From a virus, in IMG/VR virus record IMGVR_UViG_3300020183_000007, positions 32,001-96,000 of that record: a stretch of DNA of 64,000 bases; one strand, given 5' to 3'. The notes beneath the pieces were generated by a model, which was not told the DNA's origin, made no database searches, and saw nothing but the letters and a program-made list of their open reading frames with translations. This document shows, piece after piece, positions 27,769 through 38,039 of the stretch. Position 1 is the first letter of the stretch, and each line of letters opens with the position of its first letter. Made by a program: the position numbers and the translations under genes.

Positions 27769-29031
27769 TTATAGATTAATGGCTACTCTGACTTCGATCT
27801 CCTTGAGCTCGAAGGCAGGTGTTAAAATGAGGTCTACAATCGCCTTGTTTTCGTTTGGTATGTATGATACTGTAAAGTCGCTACCAAGCAAGGCTCCTAC
27901 GATTTGCATACCTCTCAAGCCAGAAGTGATAGCTGTTTCCATCGCATTTCTTGTTTGAATGTTTGATGGTTCGCCAACAAATCTCTGGCAAGCTTGTCTT
28001 ACAATAGATGTTGCGTCGTCTATAATTCTCTTTGTTGAAAGACGAGTATAGTCTGATGTTGCCCAAGCAAATGTTAAGCCTTCTCCGAATACTGGAATCT
28101 TATTAAAGTTTATAATAACAGTATTTACGCCCTTGCCTCCAAGAGTGCTCTGCTGAGTTCTTGAGGGGGCATAACGAACAGCCTCTACGTTGAAAAGAGC
28201 TTTATTTACTAGTGAACTAAATGAAGGAAGTAAACTTAGAGCGCCAGCTACATGGGCTGCACCGTTAGAGTAACCAAACTCTGTTGTACCAGACTGGTAA
28301 TTTACAGGCTTAATCTCTGCTGCGACTACAACAACATATGGTCCAGTTTCCTTGAAAAGCGCGCTAGCGTTTCTGTTAGGTAGGTCTGTCAAAGCTAAGT
28401 GCGCAGAAACCTGACCGGGTGTCATAACCTCTGTTGTGCTGTAGTATGGCTTTATGCCCATAATTGCAATGCAAGGATTAATATTTTCTGAGATATCCTT
28501 AACTTTTGCGGCGACCTGGTAAGCCCAGTTGCTTAGAACTGTTGAGGTATTGTCTGCAACGAAGCCGTATGATGCATCATCGCTGGGTGTAGCTGGGTTT
28601 TGCCAGTCGTTTGGATGAGCCCCTCTACCCCAAGGAATAATCATGTCTGGGATAGCAGCTTCGGCAGCAGTAAATGCTGCATCGAAAACTGATCCACCAT
28701 AAGAAGAACTTGTTACAGTTCCTGTGGCTGCAGGGCTAGTGGGGTCGGTATCCCATTTGGTGTCAGAAGGAAGTGGAACAATAAAAATTCTTCCAGCTCC
28801 AGCTAAAACAAGCTCCAAATAAGCTCGGTGAGCGTCTGAGCCGTCACCAAATGCGGTGATAGCATCTGCCTCATTGGTAACTCTGACGACGTCAAGATCT
28901 GCTACTGAACCAGTATTATTTGCTGTGCTACGACGTGCTATTGCAACTATTCTAGGACCAACAGGTGTATCCTGACGTGATACACTGTAGAAGCGATCTC
29001 TAATTAATGTTTTTACTCCAGGTATAGCCAT
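27769..29031 (-). CDS. Tail sheath protein (420 aa)
   Basis: Sheath-type N-terminus (MAIPGVKT; EADAITAFG) and C-terminus (LGGKGVNTV, RLSTKRIID, FVGEP, VDLILTPAFELKEIEVRV). GGAGG SD. Upstream of the tube gene. Confidence 0.85.
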   Translation of the reverse strand: MAIPGVKTLIRDRFYSVSRQDTPVGPRIVAIARRSTANNTGSVADLDVVRVTNEADAITAFGDGSDAHRAYLELVLAGAGRIFIVPLPSDTKWDTDPTSPAATGTVTSSSYGGSVFDAAFTAAEAAIPDMIIPWGRGAHPNDWQNPATPSDDASYGFVADNTSTVLSNWAYQVAAKVKDISENINPCIAIMGIKPYYSTTEVMTPGQVSAHLALTDLPNRNASALFKETGPYVVVVAAEIKPVNYQSGTTEFGYSNGAAHVAGALSLLPSFSSLVNKALFNVEAVRYAPSRTQQSTLGGKGVNTVIINFNKIPVFGEGLTFAWATSDYTRLSTKRIIDDATSIVRQACQRFVGEPSNIQTRNAMETAITSGLRGMQIVGALLGSDFTVSYIPNENKAIVDLILTPAFELKEIEVRVAINL

Positions 29032-29074
29032 ATTAGTTTCAATCCTCCAAATAATAAACTTTTTTGAATCTTCA

Positions 29075-29098
29075 ATTATAGTAACACATAACTTATAA
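29075..29098 (-). promoter_or_regulatory. Putative late-promoter motif TTATAA-N8-TTACTATAAT upstream of the sheath gene
   Basis: The same motif with identical 8-nt spacing occurs at 40476-40499. The TACTATW core recurs before several structural genes. Confidence 0.5.
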
Positions 29099-29143
29099 AA
29101 ACAACTACAAAGTTACCTTCAGAGCGTTTTTATATATACCATT

Positions 29144-30007
29144 TCACGTGTTTGGAGTTGCCGTCTGGAACAGATCTATTATATTACCACTTGTACCTCG
29201 ATAATTGGGCGTTGCTAGCTGATTCACTAACAGCTCCTTCTCGTAGGCCATCCAAGTTCTTGCATCAACAACAATTTTTTCGATTCTTCTATTGGACATC
29301 GCAAATGTTTTTTCTGTTGTCAACATATAGGTCACAGTTCTTTTATGAACGTCTTTAGCATCTCTGTTAATTTCAGAGTCAGATAAACGCCTAGAGTAAA
29401 CTAATTCAGAAGCGCCTGCAGCTTTAAAAATAGATGTATATTCTAACATAAAATTCTCAAATGCCTCAATTACCTGATCACATAAAACCGCTGCATCAAG
29501 GTCATCTCTGGTAGTTAAGCCATTGGCGCCTTGGAAAGTGCCAACTTTAGACATAACGGTAAAACCAATAATGTTTTGAAAACGCTGGCCATAAATGGTC
29601 ACAGTGTTAGATAATACATTTTGCCTCATTCTTGGTTTGGGTTCAGTTGTATGTGCTTTTCTTAACTCTAAATGATATCCTATGATTGCGGGGAATTCAT
29701 CAAGACCAACATAGGTCGAAGATGGAGCGGAAGATAGATCCCCAGAGGTGACATCTGTCCCGCCATTATCTTTATAGGTCACATAAGTTTCTCTATTTAC
29801 ACTCGATGGAAGTATGGGTATTGCTGGATAGCTTTCTTCCCATATTTTCTTAACTAAACCAATAAATTCTAAATAACTTAAATTACCAGAATAAATTTCC
29901 TCAATACCATGTTCATCTAGTCTTCTGTACCCAGGTGCCTGCAACTGAGGATATGCATATCTAAGGTTTTCGGAAAAACTAGGAAAATCTCTATTAATAT
30001 ATCCCAT
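29144..30007 (-). CDS. Probable tail completion/terminator protein (287 aa)
   Basis: Assigned mainly from position between the neck genes and the sheath. Beta-rich pattern (YGQRFQNIIGFTV, RTVTYMLTTEK). Confidence 0.5.
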   Translation of the reverse strand: MGYINRDFPSFSENLRYAYPQLQAPGYRRLDEHGIEEIYSGNLSYLEFIGLVKKIWEESYPAIPILPSSVNRETYVTYKDNGGTDVTSGDLSSAPSSTYVGLDEFPAIIGYHLELRKAHTTEPKPRMRQNVLSNTVTIYGQRFQNIIGFTVMSKVGTFQGANGLTTRDDLDAAVLCDQVIEAFENFMLEYTSIFKAAGASELVYSRRLSDSEINRDAKDVHKRTVTYMLTTEKTFAMSNRRIEKIVVDARTWMAYEKELLVNQLATPNYRGTSGNIIDLFQTATPNT

Positions 30008-30008
30008 T

Positions 30009-31604
30009 TTAAGCTCCTGGACCAGCTGCTAAAGAAAAGTTAATTTTCTTAAGAGCAAAATATGATATTAATTCTATATCAAAAATTAATTTACCTTTTG
30101 TTGAATCAGAGAACTTTGCATTAAAAGAATAGTCTAAAATAGCTTTATTAGTCTTTAGAAATTGCAAATATTTCTTTGACTCATCAATAATATTATCAAA
30201 TGCCAATAAATCATGACCAGCTGCTGCAATACCTTTTATTTCGCTAACAACTGCTGCAACTAATCTCATTTGGAATAGTTTACTAAAAACAGAATCTTGA
30301 TTTGCCATAGTATATTCATTAGTTGCATAAGTTTCAAAAGGAATAGCTCTTCTAGTTTTTCTTCCCCTGTAAACTGTATTTATCCCTAGAGTTTCCAATC
30401 TTTCATATTCCAAATAAGTTAGATCTGAACCAAATAGCGATAATGCGCCAGGTATTCTAGTTCTGATTAATGCTTTTGCCTGTTGATTTGCCGCAACCAT
30501 CCCAGCGTAAGCTGCAGCTGCAGCTGACGTGTAGCTAATTTTAAGTTGTGGATGTTGAAAAACCAATTCGCCATAAATAGGTATCACATACCTACCTTTA
30601 TCCGATGATATTTGTCCGTCCAAATAGGTGGTAAATTTATTGGTAAATAATGAATTAGCTTCTAAGATATCTATATCAGATGGCTTTATTCCATCTGATC
30701 TTGAACCAATAATCCCCATCTGAACAAATCCCGTAGAATTATGAAAAGACGAACAATAGTTTGCCAGTTGAGTAATAAAATCAACTCCACCAGTATTCAT
30801 AATACTAGTCTCCAATGGTACAACTATATCAACAAAATCTAAATCGATTATATCCTCATATGTTTGAGTCAATCTATCATAGTATCTTTCATAAAAAGTA
30901 CTCTGAGTGCCTGGTGTAGCATCATTGATGGCAAAAACTGTGGTTGATAAATTTTTTTGAGCGTAACCCTCTACATATTCTGACATTGGCGCAACAGCAC
31001 AAATCATAATATCCCTAGCGCCACAGGAATAGGCATCTAGCACTCCCCTCAAAAGGGGACTATTGGTATTTGCACCTATTAAATCTACTGCATGTTGAAT
31101 GGAATTAATTCTAATTGGGTAGTTTAATTGCATTCCATCAGCGTGACCGAGAAGTAGTATAGTGCTTGTATTTCTTTTGTCCAATTGCTGATAAGTTGGC
31201 TTGTAGTTTATGACAGAAGATTTTGGTGAGGCAATAGTCACTGATGAAACTTCATTTGTGGAGTTTTTTACTTGAAAAGTTGCTGTTGCATTTATATTTT
31301 GAACAGTGCTACTTGTTCTAGCTATAATAGTATAAACGTATTCATATAAGTTTTGTGGAACCTTATAGGTAAACGTGTACTCACCAACTGCAGATCTAAC
31401 TATAGAATTATTATTTTGATTTGCATTGTCTAGCAATAATGAGAAGGGTCCATCGATTACTGGCCCAGAGCCAGTATCTCCCCTGAGAACATAAACAACA
31501 ACATCTACCGGAGTAGACAAATTGCCAGGATCATAAATAGATCCATCATAATCAGTAAAAACAAATTTAAATTCTGCTGTCTGTCCTTTTGATAAAACTA
31601 TCAT
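30009..31604 (-). CDS. Second sheath-like protein with an N-terminal Ig-like domain (531 aa)
   Basis: INSIQHAVDLIG..SPLLRGVLDAYSCGARDIMI parallels sheath TNEADAITAFG..SDAHRAYLELVLAGAGRIFI. The C-terminal LETLGINTVY and RLVAAVV..IK are also sheath-like. Confidence 0.6.
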   Translation of the reverse strand: MIVLSKGQTAEFKFVFTDYDGSIYDPGNLSTPVDVVVYVLRGDTGSGPVIDGPFSLLLDNANQNNNSIVRSAVGEYTFTYKVPQNLYEYVYTIIARTSSTVQNINATATFQVKNSTNEVSSVTIASPKSSVINYKPTYQQLDKRNTSTILLLGHADGMQLNYPIRINSIQHAVDLIGANTNSPLLRGVLDAYSCGARDIMICAVAPMSEYVEGYAQKNLSTTVFAINDATPGTQSTFYERYYDRLTQTYEDIIDLDFVDIVVPLETSIMNTGGVDFITQLANYCSSFHNSTGFVQMGIIGSRSDGIKPSDIDILEANSLFTNKFTTYLDGQISSDKGRYVIPIYGELVFQHPQLKISYTSAAAAAYAGMVAANQQAKALIRTRIPGALSLFGSDLTYLEYERLETLGINTVYRGRKTRRAIPFETYATNEYTMANQDSVFSKLFQMRLVAAVVSEIKGIAAAGHDLLAFDNIIDESKKYLQFLKTNKAILDYSFNAKFSDSTKGKLIFDIELISYFALKKINFSLAAGPGA

Positions 31605-31605
31605 C

Positions 31606-31977
31606 TTATTTCTCTCTTGTAGCGCCTACAATCCAATAGCTTACCTTACCCATACGCCCTCTTACCGCAGTAACAGCATCTATTGTAAACATGGTATATT
31701 TTTTGTTTACTTTCAAAGAAAAATTTTCGTATATTCTGTCACCCTCTTTGGGGCTAATATTATCTTCGAAATAATATACGGCATCGTATTTTGTGAATAG
31801 CCCATCTTGGGCTTCTGAGGCTGAAAGAGAATTGGTTACACCTGATTGACCTACCTGCCTAGTCGTGACTCTTTCAAATTTATTAGAATGATTTCCATTT
31901 AATAATATTCTTTGAATATAGATATCATGACCCCATTCTCGAAGAACTTTTTTAAAACTCCTTTTTACATCAATCAT
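31606..31977 (-). CDS. Head closure/neck protein (about 123 aa; start likely ATG 31977)
   Basis: YYFEDNISPKEGDRIYE...FTIDAVTAVRGRMGKVSYWIVGA is typical of head-tail joining proteins. Start overlaps the stop of the upstream gene. Confidence 0.6.
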   Translation of the reverse strand: MIDVKRSFKKVLREWGHDIYIQRILLNGNHSNKFERVTTRQVGQSGVTNSLSASEAQDGLFTKYDAVYYFEDNISPKEGDRIYENFSLKVNKKYTMFTIDAVTAVRGRMGKVSYWIVGATREK

Positions 31978-32872
31978 ACTTCTTGAGGCCCCTTCTTGGC
32001 ATAGGGTCATCTTGAGGCGGAACACTTCTTCCTGGTCCATACAGTTCTCTGTCTGAGAGATAAACTATCTTTCCAGTTTCCACTTCTGGAATTTTTCCGG
32101 ATGTTACCGCAAATCCGCTACCAGGAAGACCCTTCATTTGGAATCCCTTAGGGCCAACTTTTCCGGCTAATATTTCTTTTCTCAAAGATGCCGCTATTTG
32201 GCACCATGTAGTTGCATTATCCCTTGTTACCTTAGATCTAGGAATGGATTTATTTGTTAATGAAAAATCACCTAATTTAACTGACATTTCGTCGTCTCCA
32301 CCAAAACCATACGTTCTACTAAGTTCACACGCAGTTGATGCCTTAATATACTCTAATACAGTGAATGATAAGCCGGATCCATTTTCATCATCTAAAAGAT
32401 TGTATAGAGCCTTAACTTCATTGGAATAATTATGCACTATCTCGCCTATTTCTAGCAATGAAGCGTCTGGAAAATATGGTAAAAGTTCTTCTGGGTTAAG
32501 ATATAAAGGAGCAAGATCAGGAGCAAAAATAATTATTTCTTCAGACTTAAGTGTGATTTTTGGCTGATATTCCGTAACAGTCGAGCTAACATATAATTTT
32601 TGGTTAACAACAACAGAGTTGCCGCTGTTTAAAAGACCAGTAAATTTAACAGAGTATGTATCAGCTGAAGTTGGAGTAAAATCATATGTATATACAGAAG
32701 AAGAACTTGCAGTAGCGTTTCCCGATTCAACTGTATTACTTTCTGAATTTTTAATAATAACCGTTACAGGTGCCACTGGTACTAAATCAACTTCATTGCC
32801 GGAACTGTCTATATCTTTAAATTTAACAGTTATTCTTACTGTATCATTTATAACAATTTTATCTGTAGACAT
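31970..32872 (-). CDS. Head-tail adaptor with an N-terminal Ig-like domain (300 aa)
   Basis: Ig-like N-terminus (VRITVKFKDIDSSG...YTYDFTP), then an adaptor-like part (YIKASTACEL, SVKLGDFSLT). Neck position. Confidence 0.55.
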   Translation of the reverse strand: MSTDKIVINDTVRITVKFKDIDSSGNEVDLVPVAPVTVIIKNSESNTVESGNATASSSSVYTYDFTPTSADTYSVKFTGLLNSGNSVVVNQKLYVSSTVTEYQPKITLKSEEIIIFAPDLAPLYLNPEELLPYFPDASLLEIGEIVHNYSNEVKALYNLLDDENGSGLSFTVLEYIKASTACELSRTYGFGGDDEMSVKLGDFSLTNKSIPRSKVTRDNATTWCQIAASLRKEILAGKVGPKGFQMKGLPGSGFAVTSGKIPEVETGKIVYLSDRELYGPGRSVPPQDDPMPRRGLKKYD

Positions 32873-32888
32873 AAAACCCCTTATATAT

Positions 32889-33341
32889 TTATGCGTTAGA
32901 TATTATAGTAATATCTATTGTTCCAGCAGAATTTTTATCAAAAACTATAGTATCGGCTGTAGCAAATGCGTAAGATTCATTTTTATCTACGGATATAGCA
33001 ACATAACCAGAACTCTCGGCGTCAATCCCCTGGGAGCTTGCTATAGCATATGCTTCTGCATTTATTTTATCAAATTCTATTGATCCATATCCATCAAATG
33101 CAGCAAATTCTAGGGAAGATGATGTTTCAGAATTTTCTATAACACCCGTTGGAATTATTAATGATGAAGATGGAAGAAAAACTAATGTACTGGTAATAGA
33201 AGGTGGCTTTAAAACAATTACTTTTAGTAAATTTAAATTACCAAAATTTAGTGTCAAACCAAATGACTGCGGAGATACTACATATAAGCCATTATATTGA
33301 TAATGCTCTTGGCTATATGCTATATCTCCATCATATTTCAT
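32889..33341 (-). CDS. Hypothetical virion protein (150 aa)
   Basis: In-operon ORF with tight spacing. No domain recognised. Confidence 0.55.
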   Translation of the reverse strand: MKYDGDIAYSQEHYQYNGLYVVSPQSFGLTLNFGNLNLLKVIVLKPPSITSTLVFLPSSSLIIPTGVIENSETSSSLEFAAFDGYGSIEFDKINAEAYAIASSQGIDAESSGYVAISVDKNESYAFATADTIVFDKNSAGTIDITIISNA

Positions 33342-33354
33342 TTAAATCTCTTTA

Positions 33355-35283
33355 TCAGAAGGTTCCACAATCTATAGTTATGCCATCAATTGACCCACCA
33401 GTAATTGAAACGTTATTTGAGTTTTGTGTTGCAATAGTTCCTAGACTTAGGGTGCTTCTTGCTGCTGCTGCATCTACATCGTCTATAAGTGAACGACCAA
33501 ATGATGTGAAGGTTGCCAGTTCAGCAGTACCCGAACCAGTAAAGTATGGAAGTTTATCTGATGCAGATGTGAGTCCGGCAATTGCTGCCAACTCTGCATC
33601 ATATCCCTGAACATCAGTTCCTATAGCTAACCCTAGATTAGTTCTAGCAGTTCCAGCATCTGTTGCCCCAGTACCGCCATTGGCAATCGCAATAGCGGTA
33701 CCGTTCCATGTGCCAGTTGAAATTGTTCCAACAGATGTTAAGCTTGAAGCGGTTACTCCAGAACCAAGTGTAGTTGAACTTAAAACAGATGTTCCATTAA
33801 TTTTAAATTCTTTACCAGTCAACAAATTCAGGTGTTCAGATGAAGTCCACGAATCTGTAGCATCAACCCAGTTAAAAGTCTTGTCGGTAGCGCCTTTAAG
33901 AGTAATACCGCCGCCGTCAGCACTTGCGTCAGTTGGAGAGTCTATAGAACCGAGCTCCAAGTTTTTATCATCAACTGTGATTGTTGTTGAGTTGACAGTT
34001 GTTGTAGTTCCATTTACTGTTAGGTTTCCAGTAATTGTTACGTCTCCACCTGCAGATACGTTATTAAACTGAACATTACTATTTGTTGCCACTGCTTGAC
34101 CAATTGCAATTGTTGCATTTGATCCTTCGCCTGGAGTATGGGTAATGGTTACGCCTGTTCCAGCAGTAAGGTCTGACATATAGTTGCCAGTAGTATCTGT
34201 ACCAAGAGCTATTGTGCCAAGAAGAGCTACTGTTCCAGTTGCATTTGGTATAGTTATAGTCCTATCTGCAGTTGGATCAGTAACCGTTATGGTTGTTTCG
34301 TGATCGTCTGAACTTGACCCCTCAAAAACTACAGAAGAACCATTTATGGTTAGCCCTGCAAATGTTGGCGAATCAGAGGTGGCAACTGCTTGACCTATAG
34401 CAATTGTTGGAGTTGCCGTCTCCCCTGAGTTGTTGCTGAGTGTTACGCCAGTTCCAGCAACAAGAGATGCAACATAATCACCACTTGTGTCTGCCCCTAA
34501 GGCAACTGAGTTTGCAGCTATTGTTGCTGTTAATGTTGCGTTGCCGAGGTTTGTAACAGTAGCACTACCGCTAAGGTCTCCTCCTAATGTTATTGTAAAG
34601 TCGGCAACATCAAAATCTAATGTATTATCAGTATCGTCGTAGCTTACGTTAATTCCAGATTCTGTGTTTGAAGACACCATTGCTCCAACAACGTCTGCTA
34701 CAGCTTCATTAAAGTCTGTAACTGCTGTAGATGCTATTGCAATATTTGTTGCTCCGGCAGTTGTTAAACGACCCTGTGCATCAACAGTAAATGTTGCTAC
34801 TGCCGTAGCTGAACCATATGAGGCTGCTGTTACTGCTGTATTATCAAGATTGATTGTAACTGTATCTGTTGCAGAAGCGACTGATGTAAGACCTGTACCG
34901 CCAGAAATGGTCAAAGTGTCTGTGCCAGAAGTTATCGTTTGGTTAGCGCCACTGTCTGCAGCTACCGTAAACGACGTTGCAACGGCTCCAACAGCAGTAT
35001 CGACATATCCTTTTGTTACAGCGTGTGTGCTGGAACTGGGAGCCGGAACTATTACTGTCCCTGAAAATGTTTTATTACCAGAAATTGTCTGAGTGCCAGT
35101 TAGTGTTGCAAAAGCTCCGGGACCGGCTATTGCAAGGACGGACGTTGCATCTCCGCCCGAGTCACCTTTGCCATAATAAAGTGTTTCATCAACCTCGTTA
35201 AATGCTAATTCAGCATTTTTTAAACCAGACGGAGCGCCAGATGCTCCACTTGTTCTTCTTTTAATTCTAATTGTATTAGCCAT
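33355..35283 (-). CDS. Gly/Thr/Ala-rich fibre protein (642 aa; head, collar or tail fibre)
   Basis: [10 protein letters not shown]...AELAFNE N-terminus, fibre-type repeats, [13 protein letters not shown] motif. Internal duplication of about 98 aa (ALG-DT-G-Y---L-AGTGVT...[10 protein letters not shown]). Confidence 0.75.
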   Translation of the reverse strand: MANTIRIKRRTSGASGAPSGLKNAELAFNEVDETLYYGKGDSGGDATSVLAIAGPGAFATLTGTQTISGNKTFSGTVIVPAPSSSTHAVTKGYVDTAVGAVATSFTVAADSGANQTITSGTDTLTISGGTGLTSVASATDTVTINLDNTAVTAASYGSATAVATFTVDAQGRLTTAGATNIAIASTAVTDFNEAVADVVGAMVSSNTESGINVSYDDTDNTLDFDVADFTITLGGDLSGSATVTNLGNATLTATIAANSVALGADTSGDYVASLVAGTGVTLSNNSGETATPTIAIGQAVATSDSPTFAGLTINGSSVVFEGSSSDDHETTITVTDPTADRTITIPNATGTVALLGTIALGTDTTGNYMSDLTAGTGVTITHTPGEGSNATIAIGQAVATNSNVQFNNVSAGGDVTITGNLTVNGTTTTVNSTTITVDDKNLELGSIDSPTDASADGGGITLKGATDKTFNWVDATDSWTSSEHLNLLTGKEFKINGTSVLSSTTLGSGVTASSLTSVGTISTGTWNGTAIAIANGGTGATDAGTARTNLGLAIGTDVQGYDAELAAIAGLTSASDKLPYFTGSGTAELATFTSFGRSLIDDVDAAAARSTLSLGTIATQNSNNVSITGGSIDGITIDCGTF

Positions 35284-35622
35284 TTAAAAATTTCCTCCAT
35301 CCGTAACTTCTTTTTCAGGCGCATTGACCCAAACAGCTCCGTTATATCTTAATATATCATTGTTCGCAACTGAACTGATAGTAACATCAGTTAAACCATT
35401 TAAAACTGATTGTGTAGTTATAGCTGATTCTGCTGCTATAATTCTATCTTTAACTGTTAAATGCGATCCAGCTGGACTAAGACCCAAAACTGTCTCAATA
35501 GCTTCTACTGCATCATTTAGGTCAGCATGCTGCTGATGATGTGGCACTGTAGCTGAGTTTAGTTTATCTGTTGAAGTTGGATTAACAAAATTATCCAATG
35601 TACCAGGATATAGCGTAGGCAT
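35284..35622 (-). CDS. Small virion/fibre-associated protein (112 aa)
   Basis: LNGLTDVTISSVANNDILRYNGAVWVN is a fibre-type repeat. C-terminal DGGNF resembles the DCGTF end of the adjacent fibre gene. GGAG SD. Confidence 0.65.
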   Translation of the reverse strand: MPTLYPGTLDNFVNPTSTDKLNSATVPHHQQHADLNDAVEAIETVLGLSPAGSHLTVKDRIIAAESAITTQSVLNGLTDVTISSVANNDILRYNGAVWVNAPEKEVTDGGNF

Positions 35623-35630
35623 TGTTCTCC

Positions 35631-36044
35631 TTATAGGCTAAATATTTTATATTGGTCATTGTTCCAGTTAATTGTAACTGAAATAGTTTCTGCTGTAGCA
35701 GATATGGGCAAACCAGTGGCTGTATCAATATAAGCTATTAATCTAGATGTTGAGGCAACACCTGTATCTCTGTAAATAACTAGATATGCAAAACCAGAAT
35801 TGCCATAATCTTCTATTGTTATATTATCTGCGTCAAAAATACCAAGAGAAGTTGATTTTTCAGTTAAAATACTTGAAGTTGCAGCAATAGCATCATTAGA
35901 TATATCTGATAAAAATTGATCGGTATTTAAGTTAACAGAATAATTATTTTTTACTAAAGCAATTTTTATTGTATTATCAGTTAGATCCAATAAACCCTCA
36001 AGTAAAGCTTCTTTGGCTTTGGCATAAAGTGCATTGGCCATCAT
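35631..36044 (-). CDS. Hypothetical virion protein (137 aa)
   Basis: MANALYAKAKEALLEG..IKIALV...FDADNIT...LIAYID pattern, seen in phage structural modules. Confidence 0.65.
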   Translation of the reverse strand: MMANALYAKAKEALLEGLLDLTDNTIKIALVKNNYSVNLNTDQFLSDISNDAIAATSSILTEKSTSLGIFDADNITIEDYGNSGFAYLVIYRDTGVASTSRLIAYIDTATGLPISATAETISVTINWNNDQYKIFSL

Positions 36045-36814
36045 GGGCCAACTTCTGAAGAAACAATTAACCTATACTTATAACCTGATTCAAAGTATTC
36101 TTTATTATCAGTATTATAAACTGGAGTAGCGTCATCGGATGGAAAATCTATGTATACATCAGCTTTCCATGAATGCATTGATATTTCTGTATCTACAGTT
36201 TCCCATCTACATGGTGTTTTCTGTATTTTCTTTTTTTGAGCCTTAAAATACTTTGAGGTCAAAAAGTTTGAAGCTGGGCGAGAGCTAAAGCTTATAGTAA
36301 CTCTTCCGTTGTTTTCATCATTATAGATATAAAAACTACCAGTTAAAGGATCTGTTGAAATTATGTAAAAATCTGGATTTTTTGCTAAAATCTGATAACC
36401 AGTCTCTATATCCACCCTAACTGATTTATCTTCAACTAAAACCTCATTAAGAACAGTACCCTGAACCTCCTGGAGAATAGATGGTGTAGCGGAATTGGTC
36501 TGACTCGCAAAATTAATTTGTTCTTCTGGAATAGTTAAACCAGAAGAATCTACTAAATTAGCTACTTTTATAATATAATCTGAACCAGAAGATAGTACAA
36601 CATTCCAATAAAGAGTTAAAGTTCTACTAATCTGATTATAATCAGTTATTGTATTTATAGTTCTAAAAGCAGAACTAATTTCAACTGGTGTAGCAGCATC
36701 AGTAAATAATTTAAAGTTAGCGTTTACTAAAGAAGCTATTTTTATTGTTCTACCAAATTTAATATTAACTGTATTAACAGTTACGGTAGCGTTGTCTATT
36801 AAATACAAGCTCAC
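36041..36814 (-). CDS. Hypothetical virion protein, probably Ig-like domains (257 aa)
   Basis: Beta-rich composition (RTLTLYW, YIIKVANLVD, YKYRLIVS). First gene after the capsid terminator. Confidence 0.55.
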   Translation of the reverse strand: MSLYLIDNATVTVNTVNIKFGRTIKIASLVNANFKLFTDAATPVEISSAFRTINTITDYNQISRTLTLYWNVVLSSGSDYIIKVANLVDSSGLTIPEEQINFASQTNSATPSILQEVQGTVLNEVLVEDKSVRVDIETGYQILAKNPDFYIISTDPLTGSFYIYNDENNGRVTISFSSRPASNFLTSKYFKAQKKKIQKTPCRWETVDTEISMHSWKADVYIDFPSDDATPVYNTDNKEYFESGYKYRLIVSSEVGP

Positions 36815-36842
36815 TCAGTACACTCCATTAATAAAACCTAAT

Positions 36843-36852
36843 TTAATAGTAA
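36843..36852 (-). promoter_or_regulatory. Putative late-promoter core TTACTATTAA
   Basis: Intergenic, about 30 nt upstream of ATG 36814 and just downstream of the capsid terminator. Confidence 0.45.
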
Positions 36853-36859
36853 CAAACCA

Positions 36860-36906
36860 AAACAAATAAAAGCATAGGGGGTAGCAGATTTCTCTACTAC
36901 CCCCTA
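36860..36906 (-). terminator. Rho-independent terminator after the major capsid gene
   Basis: Perfect 10-bp inverted repeat TAGGGGGTAG (36875-36884) / CTACCCCCTA (36897-36906), followed by a U-rich run on the minus strand. Confidence 0.75.
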
Positions 36907-36947
36907 GCTATAGGGTTAAATCGCAACTATAACAACCCTAAGGTCTA

Positions 36948-38006
36948 TCAGGTTGCCTCGTTGGTAACCATGATTTCGTAGTTACGGCTTAGTCTGACAT
37001 TCTTGGCTACAGTAATACCTTCACCATCACCTAGCATTACGATGTCATAGCGCTCCTTCATCTTCAACGAACGAAGATCGCGGCTTGGATCATCGAATTG
37101 GTCGGTGCTCATGTCGTCCTTAACCAGTAGTGTACCTACCTCGTTACGGTCAATCAGGAACAAATCTGACTTAGCTGCATTTGCACCACTCTTAGCGGTA
37201 AAGCTTACGAATGGCGAAACAAGGACGTTTAATCCCATTGGGGCTGTTGCATTAAGAGCGCCCTGAGCTGACTGAGGACGGTAACCCCAACTTGTGCCAA
37301 CAGCAGAAGCTGCACCGCCGGCGTGGAAGATGGAATCCTTAAGGAATACCGACCACATTAGGGGGTGAAGAATAAAGTCTGTTGGTACATGATTTTCAGC
37401 CATCAGAACAGCAGCCATATCTACAATGTTATCCCAGGTAATTGTCTTATTGGCAACGCCGTTAATGTCAAAACCTGTTGTATCATCATATGAACCACTA
37501 TCATTGTCAAAAACGATAGTAGCTGCGTCCTTAAAGCGACTAAGTGCTATTTGCTCTTTCAAGCGAGCCATGGCACGACCGGCTGCACGAACATGTAGAC
37601 CGACAATGTCCCAAAGTGAATCGGCAATTACCTCTTCTGTAAAGGCGAGCTTAACGCCTTTCTTTGAAACCTTACCTTCTACCTGCTTTGCAAAAGCGAG
37701 TGCTTGCTCTGGATACTCTTGTCCTTCTGGGATCTCTGCTGCTTGGATTGCATTGACTGCTGGGAACTCCAAAGAGCGCCCCTTGCCGAGGCGAACTGTA
37801 GAAAGAAGAGGCGTAACCAGCAATTGTGGCTCAGCTGCTTCTCTTAGCGTACGAGAGAGAACTTTGGGGAAAAGAGCTGCTGCGTCTGGTGAAGCAAAAG
37901 CCTCCTTAATGGTTACTCTATTGTCTGCATCGATATACCCGTCCTCAGTCATTGCAGTCTCCCAAGCTGGGAGACCACAGAGGAGCTCTTGGATTGTCTT
38001 ACTCAT
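36948..38006 (-). CDS. Major capsid protein, HK97-type (352 aa)
   Basis: Follows protease and decoration genes, has an AGGAGG SD and is followed by a terminator. EIPEGQEYPE, KKGVKLAFTEEVIADS and LKMKERYDI fit HK97-fold capsids. Confidence 0.9.
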   Translation of the reverse strand: MSKTIQELLCGLPAWETAMTEDGYIDADNRVTIKEAFASPDAAALFPKVLSRTLREAAEPQLLVTPLLSTVRLGKGRSLEFPAVNAIQAAEIPEGQEYPEQALAFAKQVEGKVSKKGVKLAFTEEVIADSLWDIVGLHVRAAGRAMARLKEQIALSRFKDAATIVFDNDSGSYDDTTGFDINGVANKTITWDNIVDMAAVLMAENHVPTDFILHPLMWSVFLKDSIFHAGGAASAVGTSWGYRPQSAQGALNATAPMGLNVLVSPFVSFTAKSGANAAKSDLFLIDRNEVGTLLVKDDMSTDQFDDPSRDLRSLKMKERYDIVMLGDGEGITVAKNVRLSRNYEIMVTNEAT

Positions 38007-38039
38007 CTTAGGAATATTCCTCCTGTGTTATTGTTTTGA

